This document shows positions 48,143-56,353 of a stretch of DNA of 56,353 nt, in pieces. The first letter of the stretch is position 1. The number at the start of each line of letters is the position of its first letter. The translations under genes were made by a program, and so were the position numbers. Source of the DNA: an uncultured virus (IMG/VR IMGVR_UViG_3300002026_001292). Taxonomy: Duplodnaviria; Heunggongvirae; Uroviricota; Caudoviricetes. A model generated the notes under the pieces. The model worked only from the letters and a program-made list of their open reading frames with translations. It did not search any database and was not told where the DNA came from. Where the stretch lies: the IMG/VR virus record IMGVR_UViG_3300002026_001292; one strand, given 5' to 3'.

Positions 48143-48220
48143 ATTGAAAAATATTTATTTAAATCGCTTGACATTGAATATACAATATGTAACGATATAG
48201 CAATATTGATTGAAAAACAT
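48143..48220 (+). repeat. Promoter-containing intergenic repeat, copy 3
   Basis: attgaaaaatatttatttaaatcgcttgacattgaatatacaatatgtaacgatatagcaatattgattgaaaaacat. Confidence 0.9.
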
Positions 48221-48231
48221 AGAAATCTTTA

Positions 48232-48420
48232 ATGAAAAATGAATTACATCCTGTCGGAAGAAAATGCGAATGGTTAAGAGAAAAACCATCTCGTTATTTA
48301 ATCGCTACAAATCCAAGTGGGAAATCGTACCAGAAGTGTGGACGTAAAGCGACAACTGAAACACAGGGCGGAACTCCATTGTGCTCTAAATGCTCTAAAT
48401 TATATTTATATCAACATTGA
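48232..48420 (+). CDS. Small Cys-containing protein
   Basis: 62 aa, C...C...CSKC. Confidence 0.5.
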   Translation: MKNELHPVGRKCEWLREKPSRYLIATNPSGKSYQKCGRKATTETQGGTPLCSKCSKLYLYQH

Positions 48421-48444
48421 TTGAAAAACAAGAAAGGAATAATC

Positions 48445-49443
48445 ATGGAAACCATCAAACAGTTGGAAGTTATACAAACAAAGAAAAATGGCGTATTTGT
48501 TAAAGAACGCTCCTCCAGAGAGTATTACGAAGTTAATCTTTCATTTTTTTTGTTTGACGGAAAACCACCAAAACGTTCCTTTAATAAGCATTGGTTCGTT
48601 TTAGAACAAGTCCCTTCTTTAATGCAGCAATATATTAAGCAAAAAGACATTAATCATAGATATGAATTAATTGACGCATCAATGACTTCAGAAAAAATAC
48701 CTTTGGTTTTTAATCGGGAAGATGTGGCAGAGCGTGACGATAAGGAATACGATTGGTATTTTAAAAGTGAATATCAACATTTACGTTCTTTATATGCTCT
48801 TAAATCCGATCCTCAACCAGACAAATTAGAGGATGTACCTTTTGAAATAATTGCCAATATAACGTTGGATGAAGTGCAGGAACACAAAGGTTTTGAATTT
48901 CCTGTTTACAAAACCAATTATCAATCTGACGGAGAAACGAAAATAACGCAAAACGATGTCACTTATCAATTGCTGGATAGACTCGTTTTTCCAGATATTG
49001 TATTGCCAGAAAGACCGTGCAAATTAACAAGCAAACAAACCTTTGACATTATAAGAAAACATGTGAATGAGAATATAATTAGTAAATATGCAAAAATTAC
49101 ATCCGATTATGCCTTCTGTTTTGGTGTATCAAAAGTAGTTCCTTTGCACGAGCCTCTTGTATATACCATTGACAAAAACGCTGGAACAAAAAGAAAACCT
49201 AAATTTGAAAAACGGTATCAAAACGCTAGAGATATTCCTGTATTTGAAATGACTCATGCGGAAGAAAAACATAGAGGATATACTTGCATTGAACCGTTTA
49301 TAGGCGATAATCAAGAAGATTTGGAAAAGGATATTAAGACATATCTTGATAAATTAATGGATTTTATTAATGATCCATTGGAAGAATGTCCTCATTGTAA
49401 TGGCAAGGGCGTAATTTTAAACAAATCGCTTGACATTAAATGA
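48445..49443 (+). CDS. Hypothetical phage protein with C-terminal CxxC
   Basis: ITSDYAFCF.V.K, CPHCNGKG; AAGGA SD. Confidence 0.7.
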   Translation: METIKQLEVIQTKKNGVFVKERSSREYYEVNLSFFLFDGKPPKRSFNKHWFVLEQVPSLMQQYIKQKDINHRYELIDASMTSEKIPLVFNREDVAERDDKEYDWYFKSEYQHLRSLYALKSDPQPDKLEDVPFEIIANITLDEVQEHKGFEFPVYKTNYQSDGETKITQNDVTYQLLDRLVFPDIVLPERPCKLTSKQTFDIIRKHVNENIISKYAKITSDYAFCFGVSKVVPLHEPLVYTIDKNAGTKRKPKFEKRYQNARDIPVFEMTHAEEKHRGYTCIEPFIGDNQEDLEKDIKTYLDKLMDFINDPLEECPHCNGKGVILNKSLDIK

Positions 49444-49484
49444 TGATTATGTAATGATATAGCCATATTGATTGAAAAACATTG
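49423..49484 (+). repeat. Promoter-containing intergenic repeat, copy 4
   Basis: aaatcgcttgacattaaatgatgattatgtaatgatatagccatattgattgaaaaacattg. Confidence 0.85.
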
Positions 49485-49511
49485 TATGAAACAAAGAAAG
49501 GAGAGCGTATT

Positions 49512-50837
49512 ATGTCGAATGTATTAGAGAAGACGTATCTCATTTGTGTTGAACAGGGTGCAGATACAAATCATAATAAATTCTGGACTTCATCTTTAAT
49601 GGATGACAATTCCGTATTTGTTGAATGGGGTCGCGTCGGTAAAACAGCTCAAAATCAGACTAAGACCTTTGGTAGCCAAACTCAGGCTCGTTCATTTATA
49701 GCCTCTAAACGCAGCGAAAAAGAGAAGAAAGGTTATGAAGAGATAGAAATCCTCTCTAACGTACCTGCAAGTAATAACAACGTTCAGGTTAAATCTATTA
49801 ATACTAGCGAACTAAAGCAGGTTGCAAAGTCTCAAATCAAGCATACCAATAAGATTGTAGCTTCTTTGATTGAATATTTGACAAAAGTGAATGCCCACAA
49901 AATTATGGACGCAACACGCGGGGCTATTAAATTTAATGAAACAACGGGGCTATATTCTACCGCACTTGGATGTGTAGGACAATCTAGCATTGATGAAGCA
50001 AACCGCATTCTAATCGAAATTGGCGATCTTGTTGCGAATGGTAAGCAGAAGAATCAAGATATAATGGATTTGTCTCAAAAGTATTTGCGTTATATTCCTA
50101 CAGATATTGGAATGCGTAGATTTGATCCTACTTTGTTTTGGCGTAGTCTTGATGAAGTTCAGGCTCAAAAGCAGATTGTTGATGCTCTTCAGGCTTCTTT
50201 GATTTCTGCCACAACGATTAAGCCTGACGCTTCTGTAAAAACTGACGTTGTTGAGCAGAAGGTTTTTGATGTGCAGCTTGATTTGATTGAAGATGGTAAA
50301 ATAATTGATTCAATTAGGAAGTTTTACGAGAATTCCAAGGGTTCTCATTCTGATGTCAAGTCATATAAGGTTAAAACTGTATATGGGGTTGATATCGCAT
50401 CTGAAAGATTAGAATTTAAGAACCATGGCGCGAAGATGGATAATATTTGGACATTGTGGCATGGAACCAAAGAAAGCAATCTGTTAAGCATACTCCGAGC
50501 GGGGCTAATAATACCTCCAGCTTCTTCAAGTCATTGTACTGGAAGGCTTTACGGAGACGGCGTTTATGGCTCTAGTATGAGCACTAAGTCTTTACGTTAT
50601 GCTACTGGAGCTTGGGGAGGTGGCGCAAGCGATAGAACTTTTATGTTTGTAATGGATATGGCGATGGGTAAATATTATGAACCTAATCGGGGGACATATA
50701 CTTCTGTGCGTTATCCTGTAAAAGGGTTTGATTCTACTTTCGCCAAAGCTGGAGTAGGCGGAGTAATGAATGACGAAATGATTGTTTATAGAACGGATCA
50801 GGTGCAGTTGAAATATCTGGTTGAATTCTCTAAATAA
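49512..50837 (+). CDS. WGR-domain PARP-like ADP-ribosyltransferase
   Basis: NKFW...EWGRVG (WGR); YLRYIP helical-domain motif; catalytic LWHGT, GRLYGDGVY, KSLRY, NDEMIVY (H-Y-E triad). Confidence 0.9.
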   Translation: MSNVLEKTYLICVEQGADTNHNKFWTSSLMDDNSVFVEWGRVGKTAQNQTKTFGSQTQARSFIASKRSEKEKKGYEEIEILSNVPASNNNVQVKSINTSELKQVAKSQIKHTNKIVASLIEYLTKVNAHKIMDATRGAIKFNETTGLYSTALGCVGQSSIDEANRILIEIGDLVANGKQKNQDIMDLSQKYLRYIPTDIGMRRFDPTLFWRSLDEVQAQKQIVDALQASLISATTIKPDASVKTDVVEQKVFDVQLDLIEDGKIIDSIRKFYENSKGSHSDVKSYKVKTVYGVDIASERLEFKNHGAKMDNIWTLWHGTKESNLLSILRAGLIIPPASSSHCTGRLYGDGVYGSSMSTKSLRYATGAWGGGASDRTFMFVMDMAMGKYYEPNRGTYTSVRYPVKGFDSTFAKAGVGGVMNDEMIVYRTDQVQLKYLVEFSK

Positions 50838-50846
50838 AGGGGAAAA

Positions 50847-51110
50847 ATGAGTGAGATTAAGACCAGAGGAGATATGCTTGATTATATTACGAAATGTGCC
50901 AAAGAGTATAGCGTTAAATGCAAAGAATCTATAATCAGGAATTCGCATATGAACGATTTAGACGAATCTGATTTTGATATTGATCAGATATATATTGATG
51001 CTATATTGGTAGATTTTGTCAATTATATTGGGATGCAGCAATGTATGGATTGGGGATTATATACGCGAGATTTGAAGAAAAATGAAGAGATAACGAATGA
51101 ATCCGCATAA
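50847..51110 (+). CDS. Hypothetical phage protein
   Basis: 87-aa ORF with SD. Confidence 0.6.
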   Translation: MSEIKTRGDMLDYITKCAKEYSVKCKESIIRNSHMNDLDESDFDIDQIYIDAILVDFVNYIGMQQCMDWGLYTRDLKKNEEITNESA

Positions 51111-51357
51111 TTTGGACGAACATACGCATAATTGTATATGGAATAACGCAAAGATGGTTCAGTATCGATTGCCAAAAAAAGTTATCGATGGTAAATATTA
51201 TTGCGAAGTAGACAACCTTGCTGATATAGTAGAAAATGTTATATATCGAAGTATTTATGGTGACTGTTTGGATGCGAAAAAAATGGACGAAATTATTAAT
51301 CGTTGTGCGGAAGGAGTTAAACATGGAATATCTAAAGAAATTAGTGCCGTTAAATAA
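51097..51357 (+). CDS. Hypothetical protein
   Basis: Overlapping operon ORF. Confidence 0.55.
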   Translation: MNPHNLDEHTHNCIWNNAKMVQYRLPKKVIDGKYYCEVDNLADIVENVIYRSIYGDCLDAKKMDEIINRCAEGVKHGISKEISAVK

Positions 51358-51571
51358 TTGTCATCCCGAATGCATTGCTGTTGATTCAGTCCTTCGGGAA
51401 ATGATTGGTTCTAAAATTATTAATGCTGGTTTTATTGAAAATTGTCGTGAGGGTGGCATGACATTTGATTTTGAGAAAGATGGAGTTGTAACAAGAGTTG
51501 TATTTGGTTACAATGAGCTTGGAGCATGGATTGAATTTAAAGGCGAATTGGAGGCTATTGACAAGGAATAA
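51323..51571 (+). CDS. Hypothetical protein
   Basis: AAGGAG SD before ATG 51323. Confidence 0.55.
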   Translation: MEYLKKLVPLNNCHPECIAVDSVLREMIGSKIINAGFIENCREGGMTFDFEKDGVVTRVVFGYNELGAWIEFKGELEAIDKE

Positions 51572-51574
51572 ATC

Positions 51575-51748
51575 ATGGAAACCAAAAAGTGGGAAATAGA
51601 ATACGATAATTGGGGAGAAGACGGTTTTTCTGAGTGGTGGCATGTTACCAATGGAGAAAAATCATTCAAATGTTATGAAGAGGAAGATGCAAAATGGTTG
51701 CAATATATTTTAACTGCTCATGCAAATAGAAGCATTGGAGTATATTAA
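51575..51748 (+). CDS. Small hypothetical protein (57 aa, absent from ORF track)
   Basis: METKKWEIEYDNWGEDGFSEWWHVTNGEKSFKC...; AAGGA SD; fills the gap. Confidence 0.55.
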   Translation: METKKWEIEYDNWGEDGFSEWWHVTNGEKSFKCYEEEDAKWLQYILTAHANRSIGVY

Positions 51749-51761
51749 GGATGGATAAAAT

Positions 51762-52049
51762 ATGCATAAAATAAAGCTTATGAAGTTGGAACGTAAGGAT
51801 GGACTTTTAGAGTGTATATTCGAAGTTTATCATGACAATGGGAAAACTATTCTTACACAAAATATATTGGCGACCAAAAGCGGCGACAAAATATGGGATT
51901 TTAGTTATAAGATGGAAGGTTTGCAATGTTTTGAAAATTTAAATGAGGGTTTTAAGGCAATTGGGTTGTGGTTCCAAAGGCTGTCGGTGGCATTAATGAA
52001 TGTTGATGAAGGGGTTGCATCTAGCGTCCCATTCGAAATCACATTTTAA
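51762..52049 (+). CDS. Hypothetical protein
   Basis: Operon ORF. Confidence 0.55.
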   Translation: MHKIKLMKLERKDGLLECIFEVYHDNGKTILTQNILATKSGDKIWDFSYKMEGLQCFENLNEGFKAIGLWFQRLSVALMNVDEGVASSVPFEITF

Positions 52050-52060
52050 TAAGGAGAATC

Positions 52061-52252
52061 ATGGGGGTATATAGTACATTGGACATTACAAGAAATCGGG
52101 CTAAACAATATATTAACGTAATATTGAATTCAGAATTATCGGATGAACAAATCCACGATATAATGAATGTTTTGTTGGAGCCGATGTTATATAATTGCCG
52201 TATCGTTCCAGATGACACTGAAGAAAATGACGACAAGTGTTTACACTTTTAA
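52061..52252 (+). CDS. Hypothetical protein
   Basis: AAGGAG SD. Confidence 0.55.
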   Translation: MGVYSTLDITRNRAKQYINVILNSELSDEQIHDIMNVLLEPMLYNCRIVPDDTEENDDKCLHF

Positions 52253-52321
52253 AAATAGTTATTGACTTTTGTTTTAAATCTGTTATTATTGGTTTAAATT
52301 AACAATGAGAAAGGATAGATT

Positions 52322-52528
52322 ATGTTTGGATGTAAGCACAATTGGGAAGTGATTTCAAATGAGATAACAGAGAGTAAATTTGAACATTCAATAAAACAAA
52401 TTAGAATTTTAGGGACTACGACTAAGACTGGACTCCCTTGGCAACTTTGCGATGCGACTAGAAAAAATATTCAGATTATTCAATGTAAAAAATGTGGTCA
52501 ATTGAAACGATTTGTAACTGAAATATGA
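52322..52528 (+). CDS. Small CxH...CxxC Zn-binding protein
   Basis: FGCKHNW...CKKCG; TTGACT-N17-TATTAT promoter at 52262. Confidence 0.6.
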   Translation: MFGCKHNWEVISNEITESKFEHSIKQIRILGTTTKTGLPWQLCDATRKNIQIIQCKKCGQLKRFVTEI

Positions 52529-52890
52529 AAAAAAGACAATATATTTATATAATAACTTGCCTATATGACATACCGCCTTATTGCGACAATTCCATTAGTC
52601 CCTCAGAAAGAAAAAAGAAAACCAAAGAATATTGGTCACATGGCGGAAATAGAACTGTTGGTTGGTGCAAAAAGCCAGAAGATGCTAAAAATATTGTAGA
52701 AAATAATCAATGTGACATTCATGAGTGTTCTTATAAGTATGTAGTTATTGAAAAAGTTTCTGATGGCGTTTATGGATCTCGTATTGGTAATTGTGAACAG
52801 TGGTATGAATGGAATGAGACTGAAAATAAATATATGCCGATTGCTAAGCCTGAACAACTTAAACATATAATTGGATTTAGTATTGGTTGA
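52525..52890 (+). CDS. Hypothetical phage protein
   Basis: RTVGW...N.CDIHECSY.YVVIE...G.Y. Confidence 0.65.
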   Translation: MKKRQYIYIITCLYDIPPYCDNSISPSERKKKTKEYWSHGGNRTVGWCKKPEDAKNIVENNQCDIHECSYKYVVIEKVSDGVYGSRIGNCEQWYEWNETENKYMPIAKPEQLKHIIGFSIG

Positions 52891-52918
52891 AAAACATTGG
52901 ATAATTAGAAAGGCAAAT

Positions 52919-54121
52919 ATGACTGAAATTAATTATGATTTTGAAAAACGTATAGGACTTATTGAAAAAGTTTTGAACGCATTAAATGACGATCAAGTTA
53001 AAGATATTAAGTCAAATTGCAAACCATATCTTTATATTATTAAAGAAGATAGGTTTCTCGTTCTTGACGCTCCTACCGTAAAAGTATGTATCTCTGAGAA
53101 ATACAATTATACGTTCGACAAGATAAATGGTGATTTTAAACGTTGGGGAAAAACATATGAAGATGATCCAGAATTTTCACCTGTATTCGCTGAAATTGCA
53201 GATATTGAAATTACGACATCTTGTACTGGAGCGTTAACTAAGATAAACGGTAAAGAGATTCGTAAACCATGTGCATTTTGCTACAAGAGCAATACGCCAA
53301 ATGGTTACAATATGAGTTTTGAAACATTTAAGAAAATCATAGACAAGACTCCAAAGCTTTTAACGCAAGTGGCTTTTGGTATTGATTCTACTGCTACTTC
53401 TAATCATGATTTATGGAAGATGGCGGCTTATTGCAGAGAAATGGGCATTATTCCTAATGTTACGGTTGCAGATGTAAGTGATGAAGTTGCAGATAAGTTA
53501 GCTGAAGTCATGGGAGCGGTTGCAGTTAGTTTATACGACGATAAAAACGTATGTTATGATACTGTACAGCGACTTGTAAGTAGAGGGATGAAGCAAATTA
53601 ATATCCATGTCATGATAAGCGTGGAAAGTTACGGGAGAACGGTTCAGGCTATTAATGATATGACAACCGATCCAAGACTAAACGGGATGAATGCGATAGT
53701 CATGCTTTCATTGAAGAAAAAAGGTCGTGGGGTTGGATTTACTTCATTGACTTCTGAACAATATAAGTCTCTCGTTGATTTGGCGTTGGATAAAAAGATT
53801 AAATTCGGGTTTGATAGTTGCGGTTGTAAAAAGTTTTTCTACGCAGTTAAAGACCATCCTAATTACAATGAGTTCAAGGAAGTTGGGGAGCCTTGCGAGT
53901 CTACATGTTTCAGTTGGTATATTGGGGCTGATGCAAAATGTTATCCATGCAGTTTTTGCGAGCATATCAAGGGGTGGGAAGATGGGATTGATGTAGCTAA
54001 TTGTGATGATTTCATAAATGATGTATGGTATGACGAAAGAATGAAAGCGTTTCGTTCAAAATTAATCAATAATGTTGACAGTGTACATGGGGCGAGGGAG
54101 TGTCCTGTTTTTGAAATCTGA
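52919..54121 (+). CDS. Radical SAM protein with C-terminal SPASM/twitch-like Cys motif
   Basis: DIEITTSC-X15-CAFCY variant cluster motif, MSFETFKKI, C-terminal CES..FSWYI......PCSFC...CPVF. Confidence 0.85.
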   Translation: MTEINYDFEKRIGLIEKVLNALNDDQVKDIKSNCKPYLYIIKEDRFLVLDAPTVKVCISEKYNYTFDKINGDFKRWGKTYEDDPEFSPVFAEIADIEITTSCTGALTKINGKEIRKPCAFCYKSNTPNGYNMSFETFKKIIDKTPKLLTQVAFGIDSTATSNHDLWKMAAYCREMGIIPNVTVADVSDEVADKLAEVMGAVAVSLYDDKNVCYDTVQRLVSRGMKQINIHVMISVESYGRTVQAINDMTTDPRLNGMNAIVMLSLKKKGRGVGFTSLTSEQYKSLVDLALDKKIKFGFDSCGCKKFFYAVKDHPNYNEFKEVGEPCESTCFSWYIGADAKCYPCSFCEHIKGWEDGIDVANCDDFINDVWYDERMKAFRSKLINNVDSVHGARECPVFEI

Positions 54122-54177
54122 AATTCTTTCTTGATTTATGATTGATGGATTGTTGTATAATATTAAAAAGGAGAATT

Positions 54178-54351
54178 ATGATTAAATATCAAGCGGAGAG
54201 AGGTGTGAAGCCGAATGTTGAAACTAAAATTTTTAATTCAATAGAAGAGTTAGTTGATAGTGGATTTGATTATGACTATTATCATAAAATTGATATTTTA
54301 GAGACACATATCTCAGAACGGTATAAAAATGAGTTAAAAGGAGTTAAATGA
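54178..54351 (+). CDS. Small hypothetical protein
   Basis: TTGTATAAT and AAGGAG upstream. Confidence 0.5.
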   Translation: MIKYQAERGVKPNVETKIFNSIEELVDSGFDYDYYHKIDILETHISERYKNELKGVK

Positions 54352-54716
54352 AAATTAGAAATGGATTTGTTAGTAATTCCAGTTCTGCCAGTTTTATTGT
54401 AAATTGGCGGATTAAGAGATTTGGGAAGGAATTTACAGTTCGTGGGGCGCTTTCAAATTTATATGAGATTAGCACTTATTATAAAGATAGTGATGAATAC
54501 AATTTCAGTGAACGCGACAGAGAAGACCATGAAGATATCATTCGTAGGATTGAAAAACGGACACATAAGAATGAAGATGGTACATTCACTTCAGAGTTTG
54601 TTACGTCAACGTTTAATAGTTATAGTGATTTTGGTGAGGCTGCACAATCTTTATTGCTTTATGTTATGGCATGTGACCAATCCGAAGTTATTGATGTCAA
54701 AGTAGATAGAGATTAA
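54348..54716 (+). CDS. MKxRNGFVSNSSSxSF-tagged protein 1
   Basis: Starts MKIRNGFVSNSSSASF. Confidence 0.85.
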   Translation: MKIRNGFVSNSSSASFIVNWRIKRFGKEFTVRGALSNLYEISTYYKDSDEYNFSERDREDHEDIIRRIEKRTHKNEDGTFTSEFVTSTFNSYSDFGEAAQSLLLYVMACDQSEVIDVKVDRD

Positions 54717-54728
54717 TAAGGAGTAAAA

Positions 54729-55043
54729 ATGAAGATTAGAAATGGATTTGTAAGTAATAGCAGCAGCAGTTCTTTTATAATTTACGTAAAAGATGAAAGT
54801 ATGTCTCTGGAAGAACTAAAGGCTAAAACGATTCGAACAATGGAAAATTCTCGTGAGCCAGATGAAGAGGAAAGAGAGTGGAACTTAAATAGGGCTCAAC
54901 AGATCGCCGAAGAAGGTCGTTATATGGCTTTGAAGACCAGAGTTGAACGTGGATCAGAAGAAGCCATCAATGATATAATACCTAAGATATTAGAGATTTT
55001 TGGAATTGAAAAAGACAAATTAACATATGAGTTTATAGAATAA
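54729..55043 (+). CDS. MKxRNGFVSNSSSxSF-tagged protein 2
   Basis: Starts MKIRNGFVSNSSSSSF. Confidence 0.85.
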   Translation: MKIRNGFVSNSSSSSFIIYVKDESMSLEELKAKTIRTMENSREPDEEEREWNLNRAQQIAEEGRYMALKTRVERGSEEAINDIIPKILEIFGIEKDKLTYEFIE

Positions 55044-55052
55044 GGAGAGCAA

Positions 55053-55295
55053 ATGAAACGGTTTTGGTTATTTCAATGCAACGAATGGGAACCAATTGGT
55101 GGATTGTCTGATTTAGATGCTATAGGGGATGACATTGAAGAACTAAAGTGTAAAGCTTGTTCGTTGGATGAAGCGTGGATAGTTGATACACGAACTTGGA
55201 CTAAAATTGTTATAGGGCACAAACGTTGGCCGACTAATAAATACAATTGGAAAAATGTTAACGAGCCTATTGAAATATTACAGGGTGAAGTATGA
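55053..55295 (+). CDS. Hypothetical protein
   Basis: AAGGAG SD; lacks the tag. Confidence 0.6.
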   Translation: MKRFWLFQCNEWEPIGGLSDLDAIGDDIEELKCKACSLDEAWIVDTRTWTKIVIGHKRWPTNKYNWKNVNEPIEILQGEV

Positions 55296-55780
55296 AAATT
55301 CGAAACGGATTTGTAAGTAACAGTTCGACATCAAGTTTTATATGTTGCGTTTGTGGTGAGACATATACTGGTCATGAAGCTTCTCCAAAAGATTTTGATT
55401 GCGTTGAATGTGAGAATGGGCACATTATATGCGATGGGCATTTGAAATTTGATAATTCTGAATTAACTGATGAGAAATTGAAAGAAATGGAGTATGGTGA
55501 ATATTCCATGCATGTACTACAGTGTCCTATTTGTCAATTTGATGAATACTGCGATAGCGAGATGGCAAGATATTTAGAGAAAACCAGAGGAATTAGTCGA
55601 GATGAAGTTTTCGCAAAAGTCAAAGAACTAAATAAGAGAAGAAAGAAATTGTATGATTCAGAATATGTCTCATATATATGTGAAAAATTCAATACGACAG
55701 ATAGTTCGTTTTTACGCGAAATTAAAGAGAAATTTGAAAAATGGGATAGTTATAGTGAATTCATAAGAAGTAAGGAGTAA
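55292..55780 (+). CDS. MKxRNGFVSNSSSxSF-tagged protein 3 (Cys-rich)
   Basis: Starts MKIRNGFVSNSSTSSFICCVCG; CENGH..C..H, CPIC. Confidence 0.85.
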   Translation: MKIRNGFVSNSSTSSFICCVCGETYTGHEASPKDFDCVECENGHIICDGHLKFDNSELTDEKLKEMEYGEYSMHVLQCPICQFDEYCDSEMARYLEKTRGISRDEVFAKVKELNKRRKKLYDSEYVSYICEKFNTTDSSFLREIKEKFEKWDSYSEFIRSKE

Positions 55781-55782
55781 CA

Positions 55783-56076
55783 ATGAAAACAAGAAATGGG
55801 TTTGTAAGTAATTCAAGTAGTTCATCTTTTGTTATTTATAAAAAAGATTTGACAACTAAGCAAATTTATAGTATTAACAATCATATTGAAATCGCAGAAG
55901 ATTTAGGCATCAAAACTTGGGATTCTCCATGGGATATAATGGAAAACGACAAATCTATAGAAGGTTACACTTATATGGATAATTTCGATATGCGCGAGTT
56001 TTTAGAAAAGATAGGAGTTGATAGCGATAAAGTTACTTGGGACTACGAACAAGATGTATGGGAGGATAAAAAATGA
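55783..56076 (+). CDS. MKxRNGFVSNSSSxSF-tagged protein 4
   Basis: Starts MKTRNGFVSNSSSSSF. Confidence 0.85.
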   Translation: MKTRNGFVSNSSSSSFVIYKKDLTTKQIYSINNHIEIAEDLGIKTWDSPWDIMENDKSIEGYTYMDNFDMREFLEKIGVDSDKVTWDYEQDVWEDKK

Positions 56077-56353
56077 AAGTACGAAACGGTTTTGTAAGTA
56101 ATAGTAGTAGTTCAAGTTTTATCATAGCTATAGCTCAAATAATAAATCGTGAAAAAGTTAATAGTTGGATTAGCGGTCTTAGTTTAGATTCGTATGAGTA
56201 CACTATACAAAAAGTTAAAGATCTTAATGATAAATATGGGAAAATATATATAAATAATAAAGGTGATATCATTTCTCATAATTTTCAAACTACAGTCTAT
56301 CTATCTGACTGTCGGATAAATAGCGAGGATGAAATTTTAGCGATCAATATTGT
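56073..56353 (+). CDS. MKxRNGFVSNSSSxSF-tagged protein 5, truncated by window end
   Basis: Manual translation MKVRNGFVSNSSSSSFIIAIAQ..., open to the end; GGAGG SD. Confidence 0.8.
   Translation, partial: MKVRNGFVSNSSSSSFIIAIAQIINREKVNSWISGLSLDSYEYTIQKVKDLNDKYGKIYINNKGDIISHNFQTTVYLSDCRINSEDEILAINI

Noticed and set aside
46705..49484. CRISPR array or integron attC sites
   Set aside because: Spacing is 0.7-1.3 kb with whole genes between copies. The repeats contain promoter boxes and lack the attC palindromic core, and no integrase is in the window.
54348..56120. DGR or DNA-level repeat explaining the shared N-termini
   Set aside because: Differences are mostly synonymous and not adenine-specific, and no reverse transcriptase is in the window.
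1..56353. Alternative genetic code (stop-codon reassignment)
   Set aside because: Conserved genes are full length in the standard code, and TAA, TAG and TGA all occur as terminal stops.

Overview
AT-rich, gene-dense, mostly plus-strand region that reads as part of a large (jumbo-type) bacteriophage genome. This is an inference from gene content: NAD-dependent ligase, RecJ, RuvB-like, 5'-3' exonuclease, RNA ligase, a lone sigma factor, many small ORFans, no host housekeeping operons and no identifiable capsid or tail genes. A prenyltransferase-repeat membrane protein weakly suggests a PVC-superphylum host. The window carries nucleotide and NAD auxiliary genes (IMPDH-like, PncA, PncB, glutamine-dependent NadE), a WGR-PARP-like ADP-ribosyltransferase, several peptidases, two TnpB genes and a 52-bp IS200/605-end mini-element. 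The most striking candidate system is a radical SAM/SPASM-like enzyme followed by at least five otherwise unrelated ORFs that all begin with MK(I/T/V)RNGFVSNSS(S/T)(S/A)SF, conserved at protein level but not at codon level. Other notable items are a CCA-ended tRNA-like RNA with a greatly enlarged D-arm region, a three-site antisense/switch RNA upstream of a nuclease, a recurring AAAGG-N18/19-GAATWA promoter-like motif before apparently leaderless genes, a ~75-bp promoter repeat delimiting gene cassettes, and several genes flanked by duplications of neighbouring gene ends. All functional calls come from motif recognition by eye; no database searches were run.
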